Assembly (NCBI GenBank): GCA_963696385.1
Contig: CAVOKF010000004.1
Location: forward strand, 64,001 to 128,000
Direction of reading: 5' to 3'
From: an uncultured delta proteobacterium
Lineage (GTDB): Bacteria > Myxococcota_A > Polyangia > Polyangiales > Polyangiaceae
Length of the DNA: 64,000 nucleotides
Both the position numbers and the translations under genes were made by a program. The number at the start of each line of letters is the position of its first letter. The stretch's first letter is position 1. Shown piece by piece: positions 53,706-64,000 of the stretch. Under the pieces are notes generated by a model that ran no database searches, had not been told where the DNA came from, and saw only the letters and a program-made list of their open reading frames with translations.

Positions 53706-54710
53706 TCAGCTTGTGGCGTTGCCGACGAGGGGTGCTTCACCCGACTGAATCGGTCGCCGGCCGAACAGAAGCCGTACGTCGCCCGGCTTGACTCCGAGTT
53801 CGCGTTCGAACGCGTGCCGCATGCGTTCGCAAGTCGAAAATCCACTCTGGTGGGCGACTGCCTTGAGAGGGCGCGCCGTCGTTGCAAGCAGAATTCGCGC
53901 ATGCTCGACGCGAAGGCGCTCGACCAATTTGGCGGGGGTGAGTCCCATGTTCGCAAGGCAGCGGCGGTGCAATGTGCGCTCGGAGAGTCCGGCAATCTTG
54001 GCCAGCCGCCGAACATCGAGGTCTCGCAGGCGGGTTCGCGCGATCGCCATGACCGCGCCAAACGGGTCTCCCGCTTCCGCCTGCGCCAACAAGGCTTCGC
54101 TGAATTGCGATTGAAAGCCGGGTCGTCGTGCGTAGAGCACCAACCGCGCCGCGATCCGGTCAGCGAGCGCGCGATCGAAGTCCTCTTCGACCATCGCCAG
54201 CGCCATGTCGATCCCCGTGGTCACTCCGGCAGAGGTCCAGATTCGGCCATCGCGGACGAAGATCGCATTGCGGTCGACCCGGGTCGCGGGCCGCAGTCGG
54301 GCCAGCTTGTCGCACGCCGACCAGTGGGTCGCCACACGACGCCCATCGAGCAATCCCGCAGCTGCCAAGATGAAGGCGCCCGAGCACACGGAGCCAATCC
54401 GGCGCGCGACCCGCGATGCGTGCACGAGCCACCGCAACAAGTGCTTGTCGGCGACCGCACGAACGATGGCGTCCTCTTCGCCACCGCTCACGAGGACCGT
54501 GTCCCGTGGGCGGATGCGCATTCGACCCAGCGGCACCGTTCGGACGTCAAAGCCGCAGGTCGTTCGGATGCGACGCCCGGCGCTGCTCGCCAGAACCACC
54601 CCGTACGTGGGCTCGCCGCGCTGTCGGGAGGCGGCGGCGAACACCTCGGCCGGTCCGGTGATATCGAGCGTCTGTGCCCCCGAGAACGCGACGAGAAGGA
54701 CTCGGTCCAT
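53706..54710 (-). CDS. GlxA-family (DJ-1/AraC) regulator
   Basis: LDITGPAEVF, SVCSGAF, ATHW, TSAGVTTGID and an AraC HTH. Confidence 0.92.
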   Translation of the reverse strand: MDRVLLVAFSGAQTLDITGPAEVFAAASRQRGEPTYGVVLASSAGRRIRTTCGFDVRTVPLGRMRIRPRDTVLVSGGEEDAIVRAVADKHLLRWLVHASRVARRIGSVCSGAFILAAAGLLDGRRVATHWSACDKLARLRPATRVDRNAIFVRDGRIWTSAGVTTGIDMALAMVEEDFDRALADRIAARLVLYARRPGFQSQFSEALLAQAEAGDPFGAVMAIARTRLRDLDVRRLAKIAGLSERTLHRRCLANMGLTPAKLVERLRVEHARILLATTARPLKAVAHQSGFSTCERMRHAFERELGVKPGDVRLLFGRRPIQSGEAPLVGNATS

Positions 54711-55113
54711 TGGCGAATAATACGCGCCCCCCCTTGAGCTCCGCGACCGTGACCACGAGCGCGGGGAGAGCCGAAGGACGCGCTCGCCGGCGGAGCTCAG
54801 CAGGAGCCCGGCCCGTTCCATAAGACGTTTCGAGACTGCCTCCGGAGGCGCCCGGTCCCTGGCGCGCACTGGCCCCGTCCAAGCGGCTTCGGATCCGTGG
54901 CGTACCAGTAGCCGTTGTCGAACTCGGCCGCCGTCATCTCCTTCGAGAGCCGCCCGGTCCATTTGGCCGACGCGTGTTCCGTCGACTTTGCGCCCTTGAT
55001 TTCACCCAAGCAGTCGTCTGCGTTTCTGCTTGCGGCGCGCGTCACCGCGCCAGCGAGGATCCCTGCTTGCACGGCCATCGATACGCACCTCGGTGCCGCA
55101 CGATGAGCGCCGC

Positions 55114-56196
55114 TCACGGAACTCTCGCGCACCGGAATCCACTGGCAAAATAGCGATCGGTCGGAACGTCGAAATCACGATAGGTGGACAGCATGTACGA
55201 CGCGGCGTTGGAGCCGAAGTAGCCGCCTCGTAGCACCCGTTGAGAAGACAACGTCAGGTTGGCGCAATCGGTACACGGGTTGCCATAGGCGCTCGCCCAC
55301 CAATCCAGAATCCACTGGTTCATGTTGCCAACCAGATCGAGTTGCCCCCAAAGGCCTTCGCCCTGCGTCGCCGTTCCCACTGGCGCGATGTTTGATGTGT
55401 CGCTGCAACTCTGTGCATCGCTTGGGTATTGGCAATTGTAGATGGCGTACGCGTTGCCATTCCCGGGCGCCGCGCTTCCCCAAGGGTATTCGCGTTGTTG
55501 GCTCCCACCGGCGGCCGCGTACTCCCACTCTGCCTCGCTCGGCAGAAAGCCATCGTCGAAAATGCAAAATGCGTAGGCCTCGTACCAATCGACGCAGTTC
55601 ATCGGCAGGGCTTCCTGGCTGCCCGGGGCGTCGGTCCACTCGTCGTAGCCACACGACCCGAGATTGTCAGGCGTCGGCTGAATGTGGATGTCGTCGGCCG
55701 CATCCCATCCTGTTTCGTAGCCGCCGGGGGGGGCGCTGTTGGCAAGGCCCAAGCCCGCGTTGAGATGCGTATGCTTGCCTGAGCCCGCCGCCGGCGCGAA
55801 GCCCGATCCTCCGTTCCAGGCCATCACGAACTGCCGGAACCGCCCGACGGTCACATCGTACTTGTCGAGCCGGAAGTCGCTCACGGTCGCCGGGTCGGTC
55901 AGTCCGGTTGGGGTCGAGCCGTCCGTCGCGTACGTCCGATCGTAGGAGCCGCCCTTTACCAAGAGACTCGTGCAGCAACTCTCGCTCGACGAGCCGCAGT
56001 CGGTTCGGCCAGGACCCTCGGCTCGACAGCTCGGAGGTGTGACGGGATCGATCGGGTCTGTCGACTGCGGGCTGCCCCAACATCCCGGCGAGAAGGCGAC
56101 GGCGAGCACCAGCCACGGACGCGCAACGAGCCCCCGCGGCTCGTTGGCGCGACCCCAAACCACGACTTTCGCATCCGTTGGCGCCCCGCACTTCAT
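55114..56196 (-). CDS. Formylglycine-generating-enzyme (SUMF1) domain protein
   Basis: Paralog of the gene at 51863; LPSEAEWEYAA, YPWG, GFRCAR. Confidence 0.88.
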   Translation of the reverse strand: MKCGAPTDAKVVVWGRANEPRGLVARPWLVLAVAFSPGCWGSPQSTDPIDPVTPPSCRAEGPGRTDCGSSSESCCTSLLVKGGSYDRTYATDGSTPTGLTDPATVSDFRLDKYDVTVGRFRQFVMAWNGGSGFAPAAGSGKHTHLNAGLGLANSAPPGGYETGWDAADDIHIQPTPDNLGSCGYDEWTDAPGSQEALPMNCVDWYEAYAFCIFDDGFLPSEAEWEYAAAGGSQQREYPWGSAAPGNGNAYAIYNCQYPSDAQSCSDTSNIAPVGTATQGEGLWGQLDLVGNMNQWILDWWASAYGNPCTDCANLTLSSQRVLRGGYFGSNAASYMLSTYRDFDVPTDRYFASGFRCARVP

Positions 56197-56201
56197 GAGG
56201 C

Positions 56202-57858
56202 TCACTCGGCCAGCGCGCGATGGACGAGCTGCACGCAAACGGAGCCCTCGCCGACGGCGGAGGCGACCCGCTTGACACTCCCCGAGCGAACGTCGCCGAC
56301 GGCGAAAACGCGATGGCGGCTCGTCTCGAAAAGGAAGGGCGCGCGCGCAACCGGCCACCGGGTGCGAGACAGGTCGTCGGTGGTGGAGATCCGTTCCGGT
56401 CTTCACGAACCCCTTGTCGTCGAGTGCAACGCATTCACCGAGCCAAGCGGATTTCGGCTGGGCACCAATCATCAGGAACGCGTGCGCGATGGGATGGGGC
56501 TCTGTCCCCCTCGGGCCGCGCCATGTCACGCTCCGGAGGCGATCGTCGCCGTCGAGTGCGATAAGCTCGGTGTGAGGGTAGAGCGTGATGTTGGGCGTTT
56601 CCTCGATGCGGCGGATCAAGTAGCGGGACATGGTGTCGGCGAGGCGGGGGCCCCGGATGAGCACGTGGACGTGCCGCGCCTGCGCGGCGAGGAACACCGC
56701 GGCCTGTCCAGCGGAGTTGGCGCCCCCGACCACGGCCACCTCCTCGTCGCCGCAAAGGCGAGCCTCGGTCGTCGTCGCGGCGTAGTAGACGCCGGCCCCC
56801 TCGAAGCGAGCGAGGTTGTCGAGCGGCAGGCGCCTGTATTGAACGCCGGTCGCGATGATGATCGCGCGTGCGTGCACCGCGGTTCCATTCGACAGCCTGA
56901 TCTCGTAACCGTTCGGCCCATCACACACGAACCGCTCGGCCCGCGACACCACCGCGATCTCCGCGCCGAATTTCTCGGCCTGAGCGAGCGCACGCCCCGC
57001 GAGCTCCTGCCCCGAGATGCCCGTTGGAAAGCCAAGGTAGTTCTCGATCTTCGAACTCGTTCCCGCCTGTCCTCCCGGTGCGTCGGTTTCGAGCACGAGC
57101 ACGTCGAGCCCCTCGGACGCGGCGTAGACGGCGGCCGCGAGACCGCCAGGCCCGGCCCCGACGACCACCAGGTCGCGCACCCTTCCGGGGTCAATCGCAG
57201 CATTCAGACCGAAGCACTCCGCCACCGCCTCGTTGGAGGGGTTCTTGAGCACGATGTCTCCACGGCAGATGACGATCGGCACGTCCTCCACGCCGACTTG
57301 AAAGCGATCGAGGAGCGCCTGCACGTCAGCATCGCAATCCACGTCGACGAACGTGTACGGGTGGGCGTTGCGGGTGAGGAACTCCTGGAGCCGCAGCGTG
57401 CCCGCCGAGTGCTCCGAGCCAATGAGCGTCGCGTCGCCCAAGCCGCGTGCGATGAGCGCCACGCGCCGCAGGATGAACGCGCGCATGAGCACTTCACTGA
57501 CCTCGGAATCCTCTTGAATGAGCCGCCGGAACCCTTGCGGGCCGATGACGAGGACATCGCCATCCTCGACCATGCGTGCTCGCACGAGAGCGCGGCGGCC
57601 CGCGAGGACGCTCACTTCGCCGGTGAATTCTCCGGCGCGCTGCACGGTGATGAGCTCGTCCCCAAGGATGCCGGGCTGGACGATCTCGACGGCGCCGCTC
57701 AGGACGACATGGATGCCGAGCGCCGAGGTGCCCTGCTCGTAGAGGATCTCGCCCACGAGAGCGTGACGCCGATCGCCGTAGCGCGCGATCCGCTGGAGCT
57801 GAGCGTCGTTCAGCTTGGGGAACACCTGGTTCCGGCGCTCTGCGACGATGTCGCCCAT
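56202..57858 (-). CDS. cNMP-binding thioredoxin-reductase-like protein with a +1 frameshift near 56385
   Basis: cNMP domain, GAGPGG, GGANSAGQAA; C-terminus FAVGDVRSGSVKRVASAVGEG lies in a shifted frame; no CxxC. Confidence 0.88.
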
Positions 57859-58084
57859 GGCGCTGGATTCTGCCCCCGGCGTCCCGTCGCGAGCAAGCTC
57901 TCGGAGGGACTCTTTCGCGCTCTTCTTCGGCGTCGAGATTCGGCGGGAGAGGAGGGCAGGGCCGGCGCGAAAGTCGTGCGTGGTCTCTCGACTCGAGCGT
58001 CGAGGGGTCTGCGCGCGCGAATCCGCAGGGGATCGAGATTCTCGTGGGCGACCGAGCCGCGTACGGACTGGCTCCCGGACGGCC

Positions 58085-58993
58085 TCAACGACTCCCGACG
58101 GCGATTGCTCGCGGACCGATCGCCGCCCCGGCTTCGACGGCCTTGATCTGCGCCGCGATGTCCTCCTCGCCGAACCCGAGCGCGCGCGCGACGCCGGTCA
58201 TCTGGTGAATCGCCGCGAGCCCCGGTAAAGGCACGCGCCGAGCGGCCCCCTCGGAGAGAGCTAGGGCTTGGTCCTTGTGCAGCAGATCGATCGTGAAGTG
58301 GGTTTCGAAGTCGCGCCGCTGCATGGCGCCCCCCTTGAACGCCCAGTACGGCGAGGCGAATCCGCTCGCCTGTACGACCTCGAGGATGGTTTGGAGCGGC
58401 ACGCCTGCCCGTTCGCCGAGCACGGCGCCCTCGGCGAGCCCCTCGATCATGAAGGAGATGATCGTGTTGCCTATGAGCTTCATGACCGAGGCGGTCCCGA
58501 GCGGGCCGATGTAGATCGACCGGCTCGCAAAAACGCCGAGGAACGGCAGGCATGCGTCGAAAACGTCGCGCGAGCCTCCCGCCATGACCAGAAGAGTGCC
58601 GCCCTGTGCACCCGTCTTCGAGCCGGTGACCGGCGCTTCGAGGTAGCGCACGCCTCGCTCGGCGGCCGCGGCGCCGAGCCGCTCGGACGCCGCTCGACCG
58701 AGGGTGCTGGTTTCGATCCAAAGCGTGCCGCGTTGGGCGCCCGCGAAAAGGCCGTCCGGCCCCGCCGCCAGCGCTTCGACGACCTCGGGGGTCGAGAGCG
58801 ACGTGACGAGGACGTCGCTCTCGGCGGCCAGCTCACGCGGCGTGGCCGCGACGCGCGCTCCGTCCTGCTCGAAAGGCATGGCCGTGGCGCGTGTGCGGTT
58901 CCAGACGACGAGCGGATGACCCTTGGTGAGAAAGTTGCGGGCCATCCCGCGGCCCATCGTGCCGAGCCCAACGAAACCGATTCGCTTTTGCAT
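58085..58993 (-). CDS. Beta-hydroxyacid dehydrogenase-family NAD(P) oxidoreductase
   Basis: IGFVGLGTMG, EAPVTG, MKLIGN, KD. Confidence 0.92.
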   Translation of the reverse strand: MQKRIGFVGLGTMGRGMARNFLTKGHPLVVWNRTRATAMPFEQDGARVAATPRELAAESDVLVTSLSTPEVVEALAAGPDGLFAGAQRGTLWIETSTLGRAASERLGAAAAERGVRYLEAPVTGSKTGAQGGTLLVMAGGSRDVFDACLPFLGVFASRSIYIGPLGTASVMKLIGNTIISFMIEGLAEGAVLGERAGVPLQTILEVVQASGFASPYWAFKGGAMQRRDFETHFTIDLLHKDQALALSEGAARRVPLPGLAAIHQMTGVARALGFGEEDIAAQIKAVEAGAAIGPRAIAVGSR

Positions 58994-59078
58994 GGTGCGG
59001 GCATCTTTGGCCAAGGTAGGCGCAATGGGCAAGGGGGGGTGGCCCAAGGGGCAAGGCAGCGCGGTCGGGCGTAAAGGC

Positions 59079-59908
59079 TCACGACGACGACCGCGCGATC
59101 CTCGGGTCGAGCCGACGCGCGTCCGGGTCGGTGCTCGGGATCGACCTCCATAGGCGCTTCGTGTACTCGTGCTCCGGCGCGTCGAATATCTTCTCGACGT
59201 GGCCGCGTTCGACAATCCGGCCCTTTTTCATCACGCACACGAAGTCGGCCATGTATTCGACCACGGCCAAGTTGTGGGTGATGAAAAGAAAGGACAGGCC
59301 GTGCTCGCGCTGCAGCTTCCGTAGTAGGTTCAAGACCTGGCTCTGCACCGAGACGTCCAGCGCGGACGTGGGCTCGTCCAAGACCATGAAGGTCGGCTCG
59401 ACGGACAGGGCGCGGGCGATGGCGACGCGCTGACGCTGGCCGCCCGAGAACTCGTGCGGATAGCGGTCGAGCGCTTCGGGGGGCATGTTGACATCGGCTA
59501 GGAGCGCCCTCGCGCGTGCATCGCAATCCGTTGCGCCGGCTCCGATGCCGTGGATGATCATGCCCTCGGTCAGGGTCTCGCGAACGGTCATGCGGGCGTT
59601 GAGGCTGCCGTAGGGATCCTGAAAAACGACTTGGATGTTGCGCCGCAGGGCGAGCCGCTCCCTCCGGCGGAGGCCGAGCAGGCTTCTTCCCTGGAACAGG
59701 ACGCGTCCGGAGGTCGGCTCAAGCAAGCCGAGCGCCATCAGCGCGACGGTCGATTTTCCGGACCCGGATTCGCCGACCAGCGCGAGGGTCTGACCCGGCT
59801 CGACCTCGAACGAGACGTCGTGCACGGCGACCTCGGGCGGCGACGATTTCAAGAACCCGCCGCGGGCGCGGAACTCCTTGCGCAGATTCTCGACCGCCAG
59901 GACCGGGC

Positions 59909-59912
<4 letters not shown>
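59079..59912 (-). CDS. Peptide ABC transporter ATP-binding subunit (OppF/DppF-like)
   Basis: GESGSGKS, FSGGQRQR, DEPTSALD. Confidence 0.93.
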
Positions 59913-60894
<982 letters not shown>

Positions 60895-60898
<4 letters not shown>

Positions 60899-61917
60899 TC
60901 GGTCCTCAGCCGGGGGTCGATGGCATCGCGCAAGGCGTCGGCGAGCACGTTGAGGCTAAGCACCATGACCAAGAGCGCGCCGCTCGAGAAAGCGAGATTC
61001 CACCACACCGACGGATCGCGGGTGAGCTCGTCGCGAGCCGAGTCGATCATGTTGCCCCAACTCCCGAAGTTCGACCCGACCCCTACGCCGAGGTACGCGA
61101 GGATGGTCTCGTACAAAGCGAGGCCGGAGAAAAGCAGCGTCACGCTGATGATGATGACCGGCAGCAGATTCGGCAGGATGTGCACGACAAGGATCCGGAG
61201 GTGGCTGGCGCCCAGCGCTCGGGCAGAGCGCACGTATTCGCGATCCCGGTGCTTGAGCGTCTCGCCTCGGACCAACCGGCAGAGGCCGACCCAGGACGTC
61301 AGACCCATGGCTAAGCAAATCGACGAGAGTCCCTGGCCGAGCATCAGCACCAAGGCCACGATGAGCAGGATGTCCGGAATCGAGCCAAATACCGTATAGG
61401 TATATTGAACGACGTCGTCGATGACGCCGCCGAAATAGCCCGCCGACAAGCCGAGCGTCACAGCGATGGGGACCGCCACCAGGCACGCCAAACCCCCGAT
61501 CGCGAACGCCGTGCGAAAGCCTTTGAGCACCTTGTAGAAGACGTCCTTGCCCACGCTGTCCGTGCCGAACAGGTGCCTGCCGAGCAAGCGATGCGGCGTC
61601 ACTTCGCCGACCGTGGTTCTGCCCATCGGCTCGGAGTAGGTCCTTTCGAATGGACGATTGAAGAGACGATCGACCACCGTCTTCGGTTCTTCGATGCGCG
61701 AGCCCTGCCAGGAGAGGCTGTCGAGAAATACGACCCCACCGCAAAGGGACAAAACGAAGATGGCGCCGAGTGCGCGCTTGCTGCGACCGAGCCGGCGGTA
61801 CGCCTCCGCCCAGAGGGGCTCACGGCGGCTCCGAAGCACGATCCAGACAAAAACGCCCGCGATCGAGACCGGCGGGACGTTCGCCCAGGCGTTGCCGAGC
61901 AGCAGACCAGGGCTCAC
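60895..61917 (-). CDS. Peptide ABC transporter permease (OppC-like)
   Basis: HLFGTD..GKD and EYVRSARALGA. Confidence 0.92.
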
Positions 61918-62855
61918 GTGAGCCTCACCCGCGGGTCGAGCACGGCATACAGGACGTCGGTCACGAGCAGGCCTGCGACGTAGAGCAGCGTGCCCAGGTA
62001 GACCATCGCCCGTACGACCGCGAAGTCCTGCGTGCCGATGGCGCCGACGAGGTAGTTGCCCAGGCCGGGGATGCCGAAAAACGACTCGAGGACCAGATTG
62101 CCGAGAATGAGGCTCGGGATGGCGGCGACCGTCGTCGTGACGACCGGAATCATCGCATTTTTCAGCACGTGCTTGAAAAGCACCACCGTCTCGCTCACGC
62201 CCTTGGCGCGCGCCGTCCGAACGTAGTCCTGGCTCGTCTCGTCGAGCAGGAAGGTTCGGTAAAGCCGGACGTAGTAGCCCGATCCGCTGGCGATCGCGAC
62301 CAAGACCGGGAGGATCATGAACCGCAGGCCGTCCGGCCCCGTCGCATAGCCGGCCAACGGTCCGTACCGAAGCATCTTGCCGAAGAAGTACTGGACGCCA
62401 ATAACGTAGACGACGATCGGGATGCTCATGAGGATCACGGCGATGCCCATCGTCGCCGCATCGACGTAGGACCCGCGCAAATAGGCGGCCACGATCGCCA
62501 ACGCCAAGCCGACCATGAGCGTGAAGCCGAACGTCAGAGCGCCGAGCTCCAACGATGGGAGTGCGCCGGCTTTGATGCGGTCGATGATCCGGTCCTTGGT
62601 CTTGTCCGATTCCCCAAAGTCGAACGTGAGCATGCTCTGCATGTGCTGCTTGAAGAGCACGGCCTTCGGCCTGTCGTAGCCGTGCTCGTGCACCCATCGG
62701 TCGATCTGCGCCGGAGTGGGGTTCTTCGCAGAGAGGTTTCGCCGGGCGAGCGTCTCGGGCGAGAAGATCATGAAGAAGAGCAGAAACGTCAAAAGAGAGA
62801 CGCCGATGAGCGTCGGGATCGTGTACAGGACTCGCCGCGCCATGTAGCGGATCAC
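61914..62855 (-). CDS. Peptide ABC transporter permease (OppB-like)
   Basis: DYVRTARAKG..HVLKNA and E.FFGIPGLG. Confidence 0.92.
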   Translation of the reverse strand: MIRYMARRVLYTIPTLIGVSLLTFLLFFMIFSPETLARRNLSAKNPTPAQIDRWVHEHGYDRPKAVLFKQHMQSMLTFDFGESDKTKDRIIDRIKAGALPSLELGALTFGFTLMVGLALAIVAAYLRGSYVDAATMGIAVILMSIPIVVYVIGVQYFFGKMLRYGPLAGYATGPDGLRFMILPVLVAIASGSGYYVRLYRTFLLDETSQDYVRTARAKGVSETVVLFKHVLKNAMIPVVTTTVAAIPSLILGNLVLESFFGIPGLGNYLVGAIGTQDFAVVRAMVYLGTLLYVAGLLVTDVLYAVLDPRVRLT

Positions 62856-64000
62856 GCTGCCTCCCCGGAGATCCGCTTGCGCACGCTGCGGTTTCGGTGC
62901 CGATGGACGGTCTGCGCCGCTGGAACGACGCCCGCGAAGGCGATGAAAGCGAAAATCGCGAGAGGCGCCCAGACCGGGCGATTCCATTCGGTCTGCAGTC
63001 TCTCGCGCTTTTCGACGTCGATACCCCGATAGTCGAGCAGGTTCGACAGAATCGGGTTGCTGTACGGGTTGCGGACCCAAGGTTGGTACATCGTCGGTCC
63101 CTCGTTTTCGCTGAGGTAGATCCACGGGCAATCTTCCACCGCGAGGTCCCGCATCCGGCGGATGATTTCATTTCGGGCGGGGCCATCGTCCATGCCGCGC
63201 ATCTGCTCGAAGAGTCTGTCGTACTCGGGATTGTGGTAGTTGGCGTTGTTGGGACCCGGCGATTCGTTCGGGCCGTAGAGCAGAAAGGCGAAGTTCTCGG
63301 CGTCGGGGTAGTCCGCGACCCACCCGTAGTTGAAGAACTGGACCTTCTTGTGGTTTGTCCGGTCGACGAACTCGGCGTACGTCGTGTCCCGCGAGGCCAC
63401 GGCAATGCCAAGCGCCTGGACCTGCTTGCGAATGAACTCTTCGCGCTGGCGGTCGCTCGGTCCGCTGTCGACGTAGTTGTCGTAATAGAGAGTCAGCCGC
63501 TCGCCCGTCGCCGTGTCGACACCGCCCGGATAGCCGGCCTCCGCCAGGAGCGTTCGCGCGCGCGTCAGGTTGGGGTCGTATTGCCGATACGGGTTTGTAT
63601 AGCTCGGATCATATCCGCCGAGGCCCCTGGGGATCAGGAAATCGGCTTTGACGCCAAGCCCCTGGTTCATGAGCTCGACGTACGACTCCGAGTCGACCGA
63701 CAGGGATATGGCCTGGCGGAGCTTGCGCTTGTCGGGCGTGTAGCCGCCGAATGTCGGATCTTGCATGTTGAACGCGAGATACTCGATCGTGGGGTAAGCG
63801 CCTTTCAGCATTTCGATGCCCCGCCGGCTCATCGAAGTGCCCGGCTTGCTCGCGTGAAGCAGCACAGGGGCGTTGGCCTGGCCCACGCTGAGCGAGTCGA
63901 GGAACCCCTGGTCGAAGAGGTTGTAGCTCGTGATCGGCTCGGTGATGATGCGGAATTCAACGCGCTTCAAGAACGGCAGCGGCTTGCCCGCATCTCGAAG
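62852..64000 (-). CDS. Peptide ABC transporter substrate-binding protein (5' part outside the window)
   Basis: FNMQDP, LRQAIS, LLAEAGYP, GWVADYPD. Confidence 0.9.
   Translation of the reverse strand, partial: LRDAGKPLPFLKRVEFRIITEPITSYNLFDQGFLDSLSVGQANAPVLLHASKPGTSMSRRGIEMLKGAYPTIEYLAFNMQDPTFGGYTPDKRKLRQAISLSVDSESYVELMNQGLGVKADFLIPRGLGGYDPSYTNPYRQYDPNLTRARTLLAEAGYPGGVDTATGERLTLYYDNYVDSGPSDRQREEFIRKQVQALGIAVASRDTTYAEFVDRTNHKKVQFFNYGWVADYPDAENFAFLLYGPNESPGPNNANYHNPEYDRLFEQMRGMDDGPARNEIIRRMRDLAVEDCPWIYLSENEGPTMYQPWVRNPYSNPILSNLLDYRGIDVEKRERLQTEWNRPVWAPLAIFAFIAFAGVVPAAQTVHRHRNRSVRKRISGEAA

Noticed and set aside
51863..56196. Two FGE/C-type-lectin-fold genes as diversity-generating retroelement targets
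   Set aside because: No reverse transcriptase or template repeat with adenine-specific mismatches was seen in the window. A remote DGR cannot be excluded.
55114..57858. 914-aa TrxB-FGE fusion protein
   Set aside because: The real TrxB C-terminus is in another frame and stops at 56202, so the fusion results from one extra base.

Overview
GC-rich DNA whose gene content (PEGA/TPR proteins, FHA-sigma54 activators, Ser/Thr kinase, Cys-rich lipoproteins, FGE-domain proteins) suggests a Polyangiaceae-like myxobacterium; this taxonomic call is an inference. Positions 1-3.5 kb and 39-64 kb look like ordinary chromosome: signalling clusters, tandem beta-propeller proteins, an SspB-like gene, a cNMP-TrxB gene and a peptide ABC transporter. 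About 4-39 kb is a dense accessory region with about nine toxin-antitoxin modules or remnants, an orphan DNA methyltransferase, IS4, IS630, IS5 and IS21 elements, an ORF-less group II intron and four tyrosine recombinases. The main find is an attP-within-integrase architecture. Two related integrases read through an intact tRNA-Leu(TAG) from opposite sides. A 24-bp copy of that tRNA core lies 15.9 kb upstream and carries an in-frame ~100-aa tail for one of them. A homologous arm/core/tail cassette also surrounds a tRNA-Ser fragment. Several single-base frameshifts may be sequencing errors. Product calls come from motif recognition by eye, not database searches.
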